From: Nitrospirota bacterium
GTDB lineage: Bacteria > Nitrospirota > Thermodesulfovibrionia > Thermodesulfovibrionales > Dissulfurispiraceae
DNA length: 64,000 nt
Direction: 5' to 3'
NCBI GenBank assembly: GCA_963790025.1
Contig: CAWBMP010000002.1
Span: 544,001-608,000 of the forward strand
The translations under genes were made by a program, and so were the position numbers. The notes below the pieces were generated by a model. That model saw only the letters and a program-made list of their open reading frames with translations. It had not been told where the DNA came from and did no database searches. Below are positions 11,062 through 20,257 of this stretch, piece by piece. Each line of letters opens with the position of its first letter. The stretch's first letter is position 1.

Positions 11062-12447
11062 TCAAAACCTGAAATAAATAAAAGTCTGAGAATACTCAAA
11101 AAATGTAATCGCCAGCACCATGGCGCATCCCTGAAGGACAGGGCTGTCCACAAGAAAAACCGGCTTCTCGTTGTATAGCCATTTATCTTCCCTTACCAGA
11201 AACACAAATGCCCCGATGAGCAGGAAAAAGGCCCAATGCAAAAGTCCGAACTGCCCGGCGCCCCACTTGAAGCTGAACAGTATCTGCAGCATTTCCACAT
11301 ACTGGCCGCGGCCCCACAGATTATGAAAAAACAGGGGCCATCCGAATGAGACTATCGTGAACGTAACGGCTCTTCGCACCGGAGCGGCAAGCGCGTCCCA
11401 TTGCTTCCTGAACAAGTGGTAAAGGATGACAAAAAAAGCATGGTACGCCCCCCAAATTAAGAACCTCCATCCGGCTCCGTGCCATAACCCGCAAGCAAGA
11501 AAGATGACGATTATGTTCCGAACGTATCTTTTGTTTCCGCCCAGGGGCAGATAAACATAGTCTTTCAGCCAGAAAGATAAAGTCATGTGCCAGCGCCTCC
11601 AGAACTCTTTGGGACTCAGGGAAATGTAGGGTTCGTCGAAATTCCTGGGCAGGTCTATGCAAAAAAACTTTCCGAGGCCTATGGCAATTATCGAATACGC
11701 CCAGAAGTCGAAATAAATCCTGTACGAATATGCCAGAATGTTGAACAGCGCGTCCAGCGAGCTCAGTTGACCTACGCGCGCAGCCGAATTAAAACAGGGA
11801 TAAAATATGGTGTCCTGCCAGACGAACAGCCTGTCGGCTACAAAGACCTTGAAAAACAGGCCATAGGAAACATACTTTATGCCTCTGACTATGTCAGGCT
11901 TCAGGGCATTCACATTCCTCAGTTTTTCAAGTTGGGATTCTATTTGCCAGTAGCGCGGTATGGGACCGGCTATCAACTGGGGGAAGAAAGTCACATATAG
12001 CGCCATTTTGAGGGGGTTCCTTTCGATTTTTATCCTGCCCCTGGAAACGTCAAGGGAATAGCTGAGAATATGAAAAGTGTAAAAACTGACACCGGCAGGA
12101 ATAGTGACGTTCAGAAAAAAAACGAAACTGCTTCTTACACTCTCGCCGGCGCCGAACGTTGTCAACGTGAAATTCAGGTATTTGAACAGGAACAGCATTA
12201 ACAACGGCGCCGATGCGGCGACAACTTTGGCGCCGGTTGTCGGATATTTCACAGTAAGAAAAGCGGTCACGTATCCCCATAATACGGCGATTACCATACA
12301 TACCAGCGCAACCGCCCCCGAAGTCCAGTAGAAGAACAAGGAAGCGACCAGCAATATGGGCAGTCGAAACTGCCTGGGGAATAAATAAAAAAGAATGAGC
12401 GTTACGGGAAAGAATAGAAGTATGAACTGGACGGTATTATAATTCAA
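11062..12447 (-). CDS. MBOAT family O-acyltransferase (AlgI/DltB-like)
   Basis: GVSFYTF, FFPQLIAGPI, YFDF.AYS, EFWRRWHMTLSFWLKDYVY, GLWHGA (catalytic His) and C-terminal FIYFRF. Confidence 0.92.
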   Translation of the reverse strand: MNYNTVQFILLFFPVTLILFYLFPRQFRLPILLVASLFFYWTSGAVALVCMVIAVLWGYVTAFLTVKYPTTGAKVVAASAPLLMLFLFKYLNFTLTTFGAGESVRSSFVFFLNVTIPAGVSFYTFHILSYSLDVSRGRIKIERNPLKMALYVTFFPQLIAGPIPRYWQIESQLEKLRNVNALKPDIVRGIKYVSYGLFFKVFVADRLFVWQDTIFYPCFNSAARVGQLSSLDALFNILAYSYRIYFDFWAYSIIAIGLGKFFCIDLPRNFDEPYISLSPKEFWRRWHMTLSFWLKDYVYLPLGGNKRYVRNIIVIFLACGLWHGAGWRFLIWGAYHAFFVILYHLFRKQWDALAAPVRRAVTFTIVSFGWPLFFHNLWGRGQYVEMLQILFSFKWGAGQFGLLHWAFFLLIGAFVFLVREDKWLYNEKPVFLVDSPVLQGCAMVLAITFFEYSQTFIYFRF

Positions 12448-12500
12448 ATGAAGTCTCTCCCACTTTTGCTCCTTATGCCCTAAGCTCCTGGCTCGTTCTT

Positions 12501-12527
12501 TTTATACCACTCGACTGTTCTGGACAA
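12501..12527 (-). promoter_or_regulatory. Possible internal sigma70-type promoter (extended -10) upstream of the MBOAT
   Basis: The minus strand reads TTGTCC-N15-TATAAA with TG at the extended -10 position (TGGTATAAA). It lies in an ~90-bp gap, one of the few in the locus. Confidence 0.25.
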
Positions 12528-12536
12528 AGTTTTCTT

Positions 12537-14781
12537 TTACTCAGAGCCCAGGGTTTCCCCCGGCCTGCTCCGGGCCGATACAGAAAATCCCCTATTCGAT
12601 AAAACTTTGGCAATTGCCACTATGCTCAAGATGGCGCTCATATCCCAAGCCATCATGTCGTAACGGAATTGTCCGTAAAGGGTAAAGATAAAAAGCATTG
12701 GAGCATGAGCAGCCAATGTTGCCCAGGCTAATACGAAAAAGGCCTCTTGCTTCAGAAACAATCGGAAAGCAATAAATAGCGTCAAAACCAAAGTAAATAC
12801 ACTCACGACCATAAACAGTTTGGCGATAAATATAATCAGAGGGGAAAGCGGTAAGGTCGGCAATGTCCAAAGCCACACTGACAACTGATGAATTACCGCA
12901 TTAATGTCATGCCCTTTCCAGTTGCCGGCGAAGAGTTCCTGACCGGCATGAAGATAGGTCATAGGCGACAAAGGCAATATCACATCCCCCGACCCGGTCA
13001 TGAGATAGAACTTATGGCCGTAATACAAATTATGAACAGGCATTACAAGCGCGAATGCGAGCCCTGCCGCTGCGCAGGCCATCAGGATAAAATCATGGCT
13101 ACGCCAACTGGCGTAAATGAAAAAAAGGCCGAGCAATACAACCGCAATGGCAAAATTCGGTCTGACAAACATCGAAAAAGCCAGGCACAGCCCTCCCAGA
13201 TAGGCGAACAGCGAGTTCCGCCGCCCTCCCCATCGCTGCTGCGAACTTATGAACAGGTATACCCCCAAAACAAAAAAGCCAAAACCCACGGGATCGCCCA
13301 TCCCAAATTCCGCTTCATGGACATGTTGAAGAAAAGAAAACCTGCCCAATGGGAACAACAGAAACCAAAGCGTGGCTGCCGCTCCCCACTTGAAACCGGC
13401 AAAATGTCTGATCAGCAGGAAGACGAACCATGGCAGAAGAGCGATAAAAGCGGTGCATCCAAGATTGGAATCACCAAAAATAATTCTTTCTATGGCGCGT
13501 ACATAAAACATGCCGGGGGTGGTAAAGTAAACAGGGCCCTCTCCTTCAAGCGCTTTTACCAATTGACCGTCGAAAGCCAGATGCGCCATTCGTCTGCCGC
13601 CATTTTCATACCCAAAGCCATCATCACAGCCGCGCGGGGGATACCCCGGCCCAAGGAATTTTCCGTTGCTGTAGTGATTGAATAAAATAATAATGATATA
13701 ACTGATCGCCATGACAGCCACGGCTGTAAAATAGGATTTCCACCTGATTTTAGTCATGAGAAAGAATAATATAAAAATCCCTGCCAGACTCAAAAAATTT
13801 CCCGCAGCCCAACTGACGGCAAGTTTCGGACTGAGTTCAAGATGCATCGCCAAATCGGCTGCCGGCGGCCCATGCATGGAATGCCATTTCCCGCATCCAA
13901 TCTCCAATAGATGGGCCGGGGAGAACACTCGGAAGGCTCAGTGCGTAGACCCGTCTGCCTATGTCTGCTGCCGTTATAATCCTCCCTGAAAAATCCTGAT
14001 GGCTGATCTTCTCGAACGCGCCGTCGTCTTTTTGCCAATAGGCAGTGCCGCGCCACTTCAAAGTACATCCGACACTTTGCCCGGAGAATTCAAACATAAC
14101 AAAAAACGGCAACTGAAGCATGTAACTCCGGGCAAATGAAATAGCATCACTACCGTAAGAAGCATATCTCCAATCATTTGCGAATCCCCCTCTGAATTCG
14201 GCCAGGCTGTTGAAAGATATCGTGTCAATTTTCCTGGAGTATTTTGCCGGACGCAGGAAGGCATCGGAGGACCAGGCATACGGGCTGTCCGGAAAGCTAC
14301 CCTCGCCGTCAGCAACCCGATAGAGCCACGAGTGCTCCTCGTACGGCAGGACCTCAGGAGGTGAGATTTTATCAAATTCACTTCGCCATTCGTTGAAGAC
14401 CTGTGCCGGAAGAGAACGCTGCAGGACCTTCCCGTCCTGTTCACGCCGCCAATCATTGAAGATCGGCGGCGGACCAGTGAAGCTTGACGCCTGGGGGGCA
14501 GGCTGGACGACCACTCCGCCCTTACTGTAGAGAAAGATATTGTGCCCTTCCTCTATGCCTGCAACCGGCAGAAGGGATTTCACGATCAGGATCGAAATAA
14601 TAATTCCCAAGCACCAGACAATACGCGTCTTTTTGAAAACGATATCACTGTATACCAATGCGAGGACGCCTCCGAGAAATACAAACATCTTCCATGTCTG
14701 CACCAGCGGCAAACCCAGCAGAACCAGCAGCAAAACTCCCAGAACAGCCTTGGCTAAGACCTGATAAAAACGATTTCTCAT
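12537..14781 (-). CDS. Large polytopic membrane protein, GT-C-like, paralog A of the ~750-aa family (one frameshift near 13920)
   Basis: ORFs 13837-14781 and 12537-13928 join by removing one C from a C4 run near 13918-13921. Architecture: N-terminal TMs, a soluble domain (IEEGHNIFL...FRGGFAND...PFFVMFEFS), then a multi-TM domain with a GCDDG loop, IFGDSNLG, FVRPNF and HNLYYGH. Confidence 0.75.
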
Positions 14782-14830
14782 TCTTTCGTTCAGGAGGACA
14801 ATCGAGAGCCGAACTCAACAGTGTTGTAAT

Positions 14831-15787
14831 TCATTTTGCGTTTCTGATGTACCAGTCAACGGTTTTTGATAATCCTGTGGCGAGATCAGTTTTGGGCATG
14901 AATCCAAGAGCACTCAGCTTCGACACATCCGGGCACCGGCGGAGTGTGCTCCCGCGTTGCAAACGGCCGGGCACTATCCGGATTTCACGGCCGAAACAGC
15001 GGGCGGTCATTTCCGCGAGCCTCCCGATCGTTATCTCCTGGGATGTCCCGATATGATAGATATTCAGATGCTCTCCCTTTTTGATGACTTCGATCAAAGC
15101 CTCCACAAAATCATCGATGTATATGAACGCCCTCGTCTCCTCCCCGCTGCCCTGAATGGGGAAATCGATGATCCCCTGGGTTTCCGCGCATAGTTTTTTC
15201 ATCCGTATCGCGAACTGCGGGATCACATGCTCCCATCCCATGTCCGGCCCATATACATTGTGGGGGCGGAAAATAATGGCACGATCGAAATATTTCCTCC
15301 CATAATTGACGAGCATGAGCTCACTTATTATTTTGCCCCCGCCGTAAGAGTACCTGGGATTCAGAACATCGGGCACCATAAGGGGCGCTGTTTCATCGGT
15401 AGGGACAACAGGAGCGGTCTGATAAACTTCAGAACTGGAGGCCAGGACCAGGTTCTTTACGCCTTCCGCCATACAGGCGTCAAGGACGTTTATCATGCCC
15501 TTGACAGCTACTTCCAGAACAAGTTCCGGTTTCTCGTAAAAAAATTCCGTGCCGTTGATATATGCCAGATGGCATACGCAATCCATGCCTGAAATGGCTT
15601 TCCTCACAACAGACGGATCGCGGATATCGCCGGTAATTATTTCCACCCGGTCGACGTAAGGACCAAGCTTTTCGCGGCCTCCGCGAGAATCGTTATCCAG
15701 TGTCCTGACCTGTGCCCCTGCATTCAGGAGCCCTTTGACCAGGCCGCTGCCAATAAATCCCGTGCCTCCGGTTACAAGATATTTCAT
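14831..15787 (-). CDS. NAD-dependent epimerase/dehydratase (extended SDR; UDP-glucuronate decarboxylase/dTDP-glucose dehydratase-like)
   Basis: TGGTGFIG, ASSSEVY, PRYSYGGGK (YxxxK), RPHNVYGP, RRCPDVSK. Confidence 0.88.
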   Translation of the reverse strand: MKYLVTGGTGFIGSGLVKGLLNAGAQVRTLDNDSRGGREKLGPYVDRVEIITGDIRDPSVVRKAISGMDCVCHLAYINGTEFFYEKPELVLEVAVKGMINVLDACMAEGVKNLVLASSSEVYQTAPVVPTDETAPLMVPDVLNPRYSYGGGKIISELMLVNYGRKYFDRAIIFRPHNVYGPDMGWEHVIPQFAIRMKKLCAETQGIIDFPIQGSGEETRAFIYIDDFVEALIEVIKKGEHLNIYHIGTSQEITIGRLAEMTARCFGREIRIVPGRLQRGSTLRRCPDVSKLSALGFMPKTDLATGLSKTVDWYIRNAK

Positions 15788-15799
15788 CGAACACTTCCT

Positions 15800-16552
15800 T
15801 TATTTTTTGGCATGTGTAATTAAGAAGGAACCGAACCTGTTTCGCAGGGGTCTGAAGTCCATCAACCTCTCGATTAAATTATAAACAGGCAGTATTATGA
15901 ATGATAATCTGCTGTCGACGTACTTGTAAGTCACTCCTGAAATTCCGTATACCAGCACATCTGAGAATCCTAAATCCCTTACCACTGCTTTAATCTCCCT
16001 TTTGTCAAGAGGCCTCTCATTCTCCGTTACACCTTTTGACGAATAAAAAGGCGATTCCTTGCATCGATAGAGCCACATGAAGGGATTCCCCCGATGAGGA
16101 TCATATCCCAGGATGATACCGCCTTTCTTTAAAACGCGATAGCACTCTTTCAAGACAGGCGAAAAATCCGGAAAATGGTGCAGCAATCCAGACAACAAAA
16201 TAACATCGAAACTACTTTCCGGGAAGTTCGTGTTTTCGATATCCCCCTGTCGAAAATTAATTTGAGGATACTTGTTCTGAGCATGAGCGATAGACCCCTC
16301 GGATATATCTATGCCATAAAGATCAAAACCTTTTTCCAGGAACTTTGAGGTAAAAGAACCGGTACCGCATCCGCAATCAAGTATCCTGAGTTTGCCGGAG
16401 GAACTCATGATAGGCCCCAGGAACCCGAAGAATTCATTGACTATCCGCCCATAACCCTTCTCGGTAAAAACATCGTAATCCAGGTCTCTCCCGAAGCGGT
16501 CGAAGAACTTTTTTTCCGCATTTTTGTTCTGTGCCGTTGTCCAGCCGTTCAT
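15800..16552 (-). CDS. Class I SAM-dependent methyltransferase
   Basis: ILDCGCGTG, GIDIS, SFDVI, LHH, RVLKKGG. Confidence 0.88.
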   Translation of the reverse strand: MNGWTTAQNKNAEKKFFDRFGRDLDYDVFTEKGYGRIVNEFFGFLGPIMSSSGKLRILDCGCGTGSFTSKFLEKGFDLYGIDISEGSIAHAQNKYPQINFRQGDIENTNFPESSFDVILLSGLLHHFPDFSPVLKECYRVLKKGGIILGYDPHRGNPFMWLYRCKESPFYSSKGVTENERPLDKREIKAVVRDLGFSDVLVYGISGVTYKYVDSRLSFIILPVYNLIERLMDFRPLRNRFGSFLITHAKK

Positions 16553-16592
16553 TTTTCTTTACAAGGCCACGTTCTGATCTCAAAAATTTCTT

Positions 16593-17366
16593 TCATCGAT
16601 AATAATCCGGTATTTTAATTTTAATCACAGACCTGTCTCCTCCAACCTTCCGGTAATGACGGAATCCCCACAAAAACCATCGCGAATACTCCTTGACCCA
16701 TGGACCGAGGCGGAATGTAGACTCGCCGCCGTAAAGACGGTCTATGGAAATAATGGGAACTTCTCCCAGACTGAGTCCCACATACTGGGCTTTGATAGCC
16801 ATTTCGAAGGCCACTGCCCAGCCAATGGGCCGACATTCAAGATTGAGCCGGTGGAATACGTCCCTTCGGAACATCTTGATTCCGGTTGTCGCATCGGTAA
16901 AAGGCGACCCGCAGAAGCTGTAAAACAGTCGATTGGCAATACGGGAGAGAATACCACCGATCAGGGACCCCCCAAGACGTCTTCCGCCGTTGGCATAGCG
17001 TGTGCAACTTACAAAGTCGCAACCGTCATTCATAAGACTGATCATATCTTCGATGGCCAGGACCGGGCCGACTTCATCGGCGGCAAAGATCAGGATGTAT
17101 TTGCCCTTCGCGGATTCTACTCCGGTTTTGACAGCATTCACAACACCACGGCCCAGAGTGTTGTGGACAAGGAACAGTTCCGGATAGGTTTTCTGGATTT
17201 CGCGGACAACAGGTACGCTGTCATCGTCAACAGTATCGTGGATTACAATTACCTCGTGAGGTTCTTCCACAACGGCGCGAAGTATCTTCAGCATGATCTT
17301 CAGATTGATACCTTCGTTCCGTACCGGGAGGAGAATGGACAGGACTGTTTCACAGGAGTTATTCAT
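16593..17366 (-). CDS. GT2 glycosyltransferase, polyprenyl-phosphate (Dol-P-Man synthase-like) type
   Basis: SILLPVRNE, FAADE, SCTRY..GG, FTDATTGIKMF, EVPI...DRLYGGES. Likely start MNNS at 17366. Confidence 0.82.
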   Translation of the reverse strand: MNNSCETVLSILLPVRNEGINLKIMLKILRAVVEEPHEVIVIHDTVDDDSVPVVREIQKTYPELFLVHNTLGRGVVNAVKTGVESAKGKYILIFAADEVGPVLAIEDMISLMNDGCDFVSCTRYANGGRRLGGSLIGGILSRIANRLFYSFCGSPFTDATTGIKMFRRDVFHRLNLECRPIGWAVAFEMAIKAQYVGLSLGEVPIISIDRLYGGESTFRLGPWVKEYSRWFLWGFRHYRKVGGDRSVIKIKIPDYYR

Positions 17367-17902
17367 TTGGAGGCATCCCTCTTTGAAACATAATTCCTGA
17401 GTATCTCGACCTGTTTCAGGACATTGTCCCGGTTTCTCCTTCGCATGAGCCTTATGGGACTTCCGGCATAGACTGACCATGGCTCAAATGGAAATGAAGG
17501 CGGAACAAAACTCATGGCGCCGATAACCGTTCCTTCCGGGATAATGTTCCGGGGCATGACCACGGAATTGGCCCCAACGCCCGTATAATGGCCAAACACG
17601 ACATCACCCTCGATCGGATGGTTTTTCATATCAAGCCCGGGCGGCGTGATTACAACAAGATCGTTGACAAAATCACTGCTGGCGCACAGGATTTTCACAC
17701 CTGACGACAAACTGGAGAAGTCCCCGAGTTCGAACGTAAACCTGCTTCCCCCGACTACACCGCAGCCGGAGGCGATATGGGAATGCTTTCCGACGCGCAC
17801 CCTCGTAGAAAAATAGCAAAAGTCGTCTATGATGGAATACTCTTCCACAAAAAAAAGTTCCGGACAGCGAATACGGATATGTGGGGAAATAATCGGTTTC
17901 AA
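17363..17902 (-). CDS. Hexapeptide-repeat (left-handed beta-helix) acyltransferase
   Basis: Hexapeptide repeats, VGANSVVMP, IGAMSFV, YAGSPIR. Confidence 0.8.
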   Translation of the reverse strand: MKPIISPHIRIRCPELFFVEEYSIIDDFCYFSTRVRVGKHSHIASGCGVVGGSRFTFELGDFSSLSSGVKILCASSDFVNDLVVITPPGLDMKNHPIEGDVVFGHYTGVGANSVVMPRNIIPEGTVIGAMSFVPPSFPFEPWSVYAGSPIRLMRRRNRDNVLKQVEILRNYVSKRDASK

Positions 17903-17912
17903 AAAAACCCCG

Positions 17913-19130
17913 TCAGTTCTTCCCTTTTTTGTGTATGTTCCACATATCGATCACTTCGACGTTGCCGGAAAATTTGACTGTTTTGTATGCCTCATGCGGT
18001 ACGCCGATTATCACAATGTCGGACATGGCGACAAGTTCTTCTTTAGTAACAAACGCAGGGTCTTTTACATACTCATCGGACAACAAAACCGTACTGCCCT
18101 TGTAGCGGAGAATTTTCCCGAGTTTATATGACAATGAATCACGAATATCATCGCTTTCGGCTTTGAAGGCCATTCCGAGGATCCCGACCTTCATTTTTCT
18201 CAAATCATATTTTTGGGACAATCTCTCAACAATAAAATTAGGAAGCCCCTCGTTGATCGTCATAGCCACCTGTCCCATGATAAAATTATGTTTTTCAAAG
18301 GCAAAAAGCTGCATCGTGTCCTTCATAAGGCATGGCCCTGCCGCGAATCCCGGACCGGGAATGCTTTCCATTCGGGGGTATCCTCGTTTCATTTTATTGA
18401 GAAGTCCGTTGTAATCTATACCCGCTGACTCTACCATCATATAAAGCTGATTGGTTGCGGCAAACTGGATGTAGCGGTGGGCGTTGCAGATCAGTTTTGC
18501 AAACTCCGCTTCCCTCGGCGTTGCCTCTACGATCGCAGGCGCGATCTTCCCGAACAGATCACTCGCTACCCGGACCGCCTCAGGCGTTGTGCCGCTGACA
18601 ATCTGAGGCAGGGACTGTATCTCTTCGATGCCCTTGCCCTGCACTACACGCTCCGGGCAGAACGCGAGGGGATTATTCCTGCCGCGGGACCTGAGATAGC
18701 GGTCAAGGTATTCCGTAGCCCCTGGCGCAACAGTAGAACGCAGGATGATTGTCTGCCCATCCAGGAGAAAGGGGAGCATGCTGTCCACTGAACGGGTTAA
18801 AAGACTGAAGACTGGATTATGGAATTCGTCAATAGGAGTGCCTATGGTCAGGATCACAACAGGAATTCCTGAAACGTCTTTTATATCGGATGTAAACCCC
18901 AGCATGTCCCTGGCAAGGACTTTCCCTAGCATGGTCTCGCCGCCTTCTTCCATGAAAGGCAACTTCCCCTGCGAAAGAATGCTTATCGCTTTTTCATTGA
19001 GATCGCAGATCAGCGTGCGCATGCCCTTGTCGGCTAAAACAATGGATAGCGGAATCCCCACATGGCCGGCGCCCCCAATGACACAAACGTCATAATTACT
19101 CTTCGAATCACTTTTCATGGACATATTCAC
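17913..19130 (-). CDS. UDP-glucose/GDP-mannose dehydrogenase family nucleotide-sugar dehydrogenase
   Basis: GGAGHVGIP, LRSTV.PG, FCPERV, EAEFAKL, GPCLMKD (catalytic Cys), GMAFK..SDDIRDS. Confidence 0.88.
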   Translation of the reverse strand: MNMSMKSDSKSNYDVCVIGGAGHVGIPLSIVLADKGMRTLICDLNEKAISILSQGKLPFMEEGGETMLGKVLARDMLGFTSDIKDVSGIPVVILTIGTPIDEFHNPVFSLLTRSVDSMLPFLLDGQTIILRSTVAPGATEYLDRYLRSRGRNNPLAFCPERVVQGKGIEEIQSLPQIVSGTTPEAVRVASDLFGKIAPAIVEATPREAEFAKLICNAHRYIQFAATNQLYMMVESAGIDYNGLLNKMKRGYPRMESIPGPGFAAGPCLMKDTMQLFAFEKHNFIMGQVAMTINEGLPNFIVERLSQKYDLRKMKVGILGMAFKAESDDIRDSLSYKLGKILRYKGSTVLLSDEYVKDPAFVTKEELVAMSDIVIIGVPHEAYKTVKFSGNVEVIDMWNIHKKGKN

Positions 19131-20253
19131 CCTTCAGCAATTGATTGTAACGGTTGAGAAGCCCTTCGGCAACCACTCGAATGTCAAATTTATTTTGGAC
19201 CATTATTTTTCCCTGTGTCCCAAGCCTCCTGGATTTTTCGGGATCGTCCAGGAGATCGTTCAGTTTGACGGCCAGATCACCGGAGTCTCCTCTCTTGACC
19301 AGCAGCCCCGTTTTCTCATGAATGACCGCCTCACGGACATCCTCACCTTCAAAAGCCACCACCGGAGTCCCCACGCTTTGCGCTTCCAGGACCGTGATCC
19401 CCACAAAGCCGTCCAGAATGCCCGGCTTCACACAAATGTCCGCCAGCGAAAGCAATGCAGGCACATCCCTGCGCACGCCCAACAACTCCACTTTTTTTTC
19501 GAGTCCGAGTTCCCGTATGAGTTCCATAATTTCGCCCCTGAGATACCCCTCTCCCACTATCAGGAATCTTACATCCCGGCGCTCCCTGCAGACCAGAGCC
19601 GCGGCGCGTACAAACAGCTCATGGCTTTTCCGCGGCTCCAAAGCTCCGATCGTCACGATAACTCTTTCGCCGGGCTTTATCCCTAACTCGCCACGTAACC
19701 TTGAGATATCTTCCTCCGAAAACCTGTCCAACAATACCACCCCGCAAACCAGTTGTTTGCAAAGACGGCTGCTCCTGACCGGCAATCGGCGATAATAGCT
19801 GGCAATCTCCGGGGAAGTCAAGATCGTCATGTCCACTCCGACCGTTAAAAACCAATTCCTCAAATGCGTTGTAACCATGAATTCATCGGGCGCGTTCTGC
19901 AAACCCATGACACTGCTTAAAAATACCGGCTGCCGATGACCATTCCATGGATTGAAAAAGGTCCTTGCCACCCATGCCGTCACACAACAACGCGCAGCAA
20001 ACAAATGGACCACGTCGGGATTCAGCTTTCCAAGAGTTTCAGCCAGCCGCCTGCCGCTGGTAAACGCCTTCAGACCATAGAAATCAATTCTCTCCGTCCT
20101 TCCACCCTCCCGGATAATATCGCTCTCCAAAGGTCCCCCTCTGGAGATGACTGTGACATGATGACCCTTTTTGACAAATTCCCGTGTCAACAGGACCAGA
20201 TTGTGTTCGATCCCTCCCATTTCAAGGAGCAGGCAGACAAAAACAATGTTCAT
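19108..20253 (-). CDS. GT4 (GT-B) glycosyltransferase
   Basis: GGIEH, GHHVTVI, IGALEPRK, VGEG, LGVRRDV, GITVLEA..VGTPVVA, TGLLV. Confidence 0.9.
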   Translation of the reverse strand: MNIVFVCLLLEMGGIEHNLVLLTREFVKKGHHVTVISRGGPLESDIIREGGRTERIDFYGLKAFTSGRRLAETLGKLNPDVVHLFAARCCVTAWVARTFFNPWNGHRQPVFLSSVMGLQNAPDEFMVTTHLRNWFLTVGVDMTILTSPEIASYYRRLPVRSSRLCKQLVCGVVLLDRFSEEDISRLRGELGIKPGERVIVTIGALEPRKSHELFVRAAALVCRERRDVRFLIVGEGYLRGEIMELIRELGLEKKVELLGVRRDVPALLSLADICVKPGILDGFVGITVLEAQSVGTPVVAFEGEDVREAVIHEKTGLLVKRGDSGDLAVKLNDLLDDPEKSRRLGTQGKIMVQNKFDIRVVAEGLLNRYNQLLKGEYVHEK

Positions 20254-20257
20254 GAAA

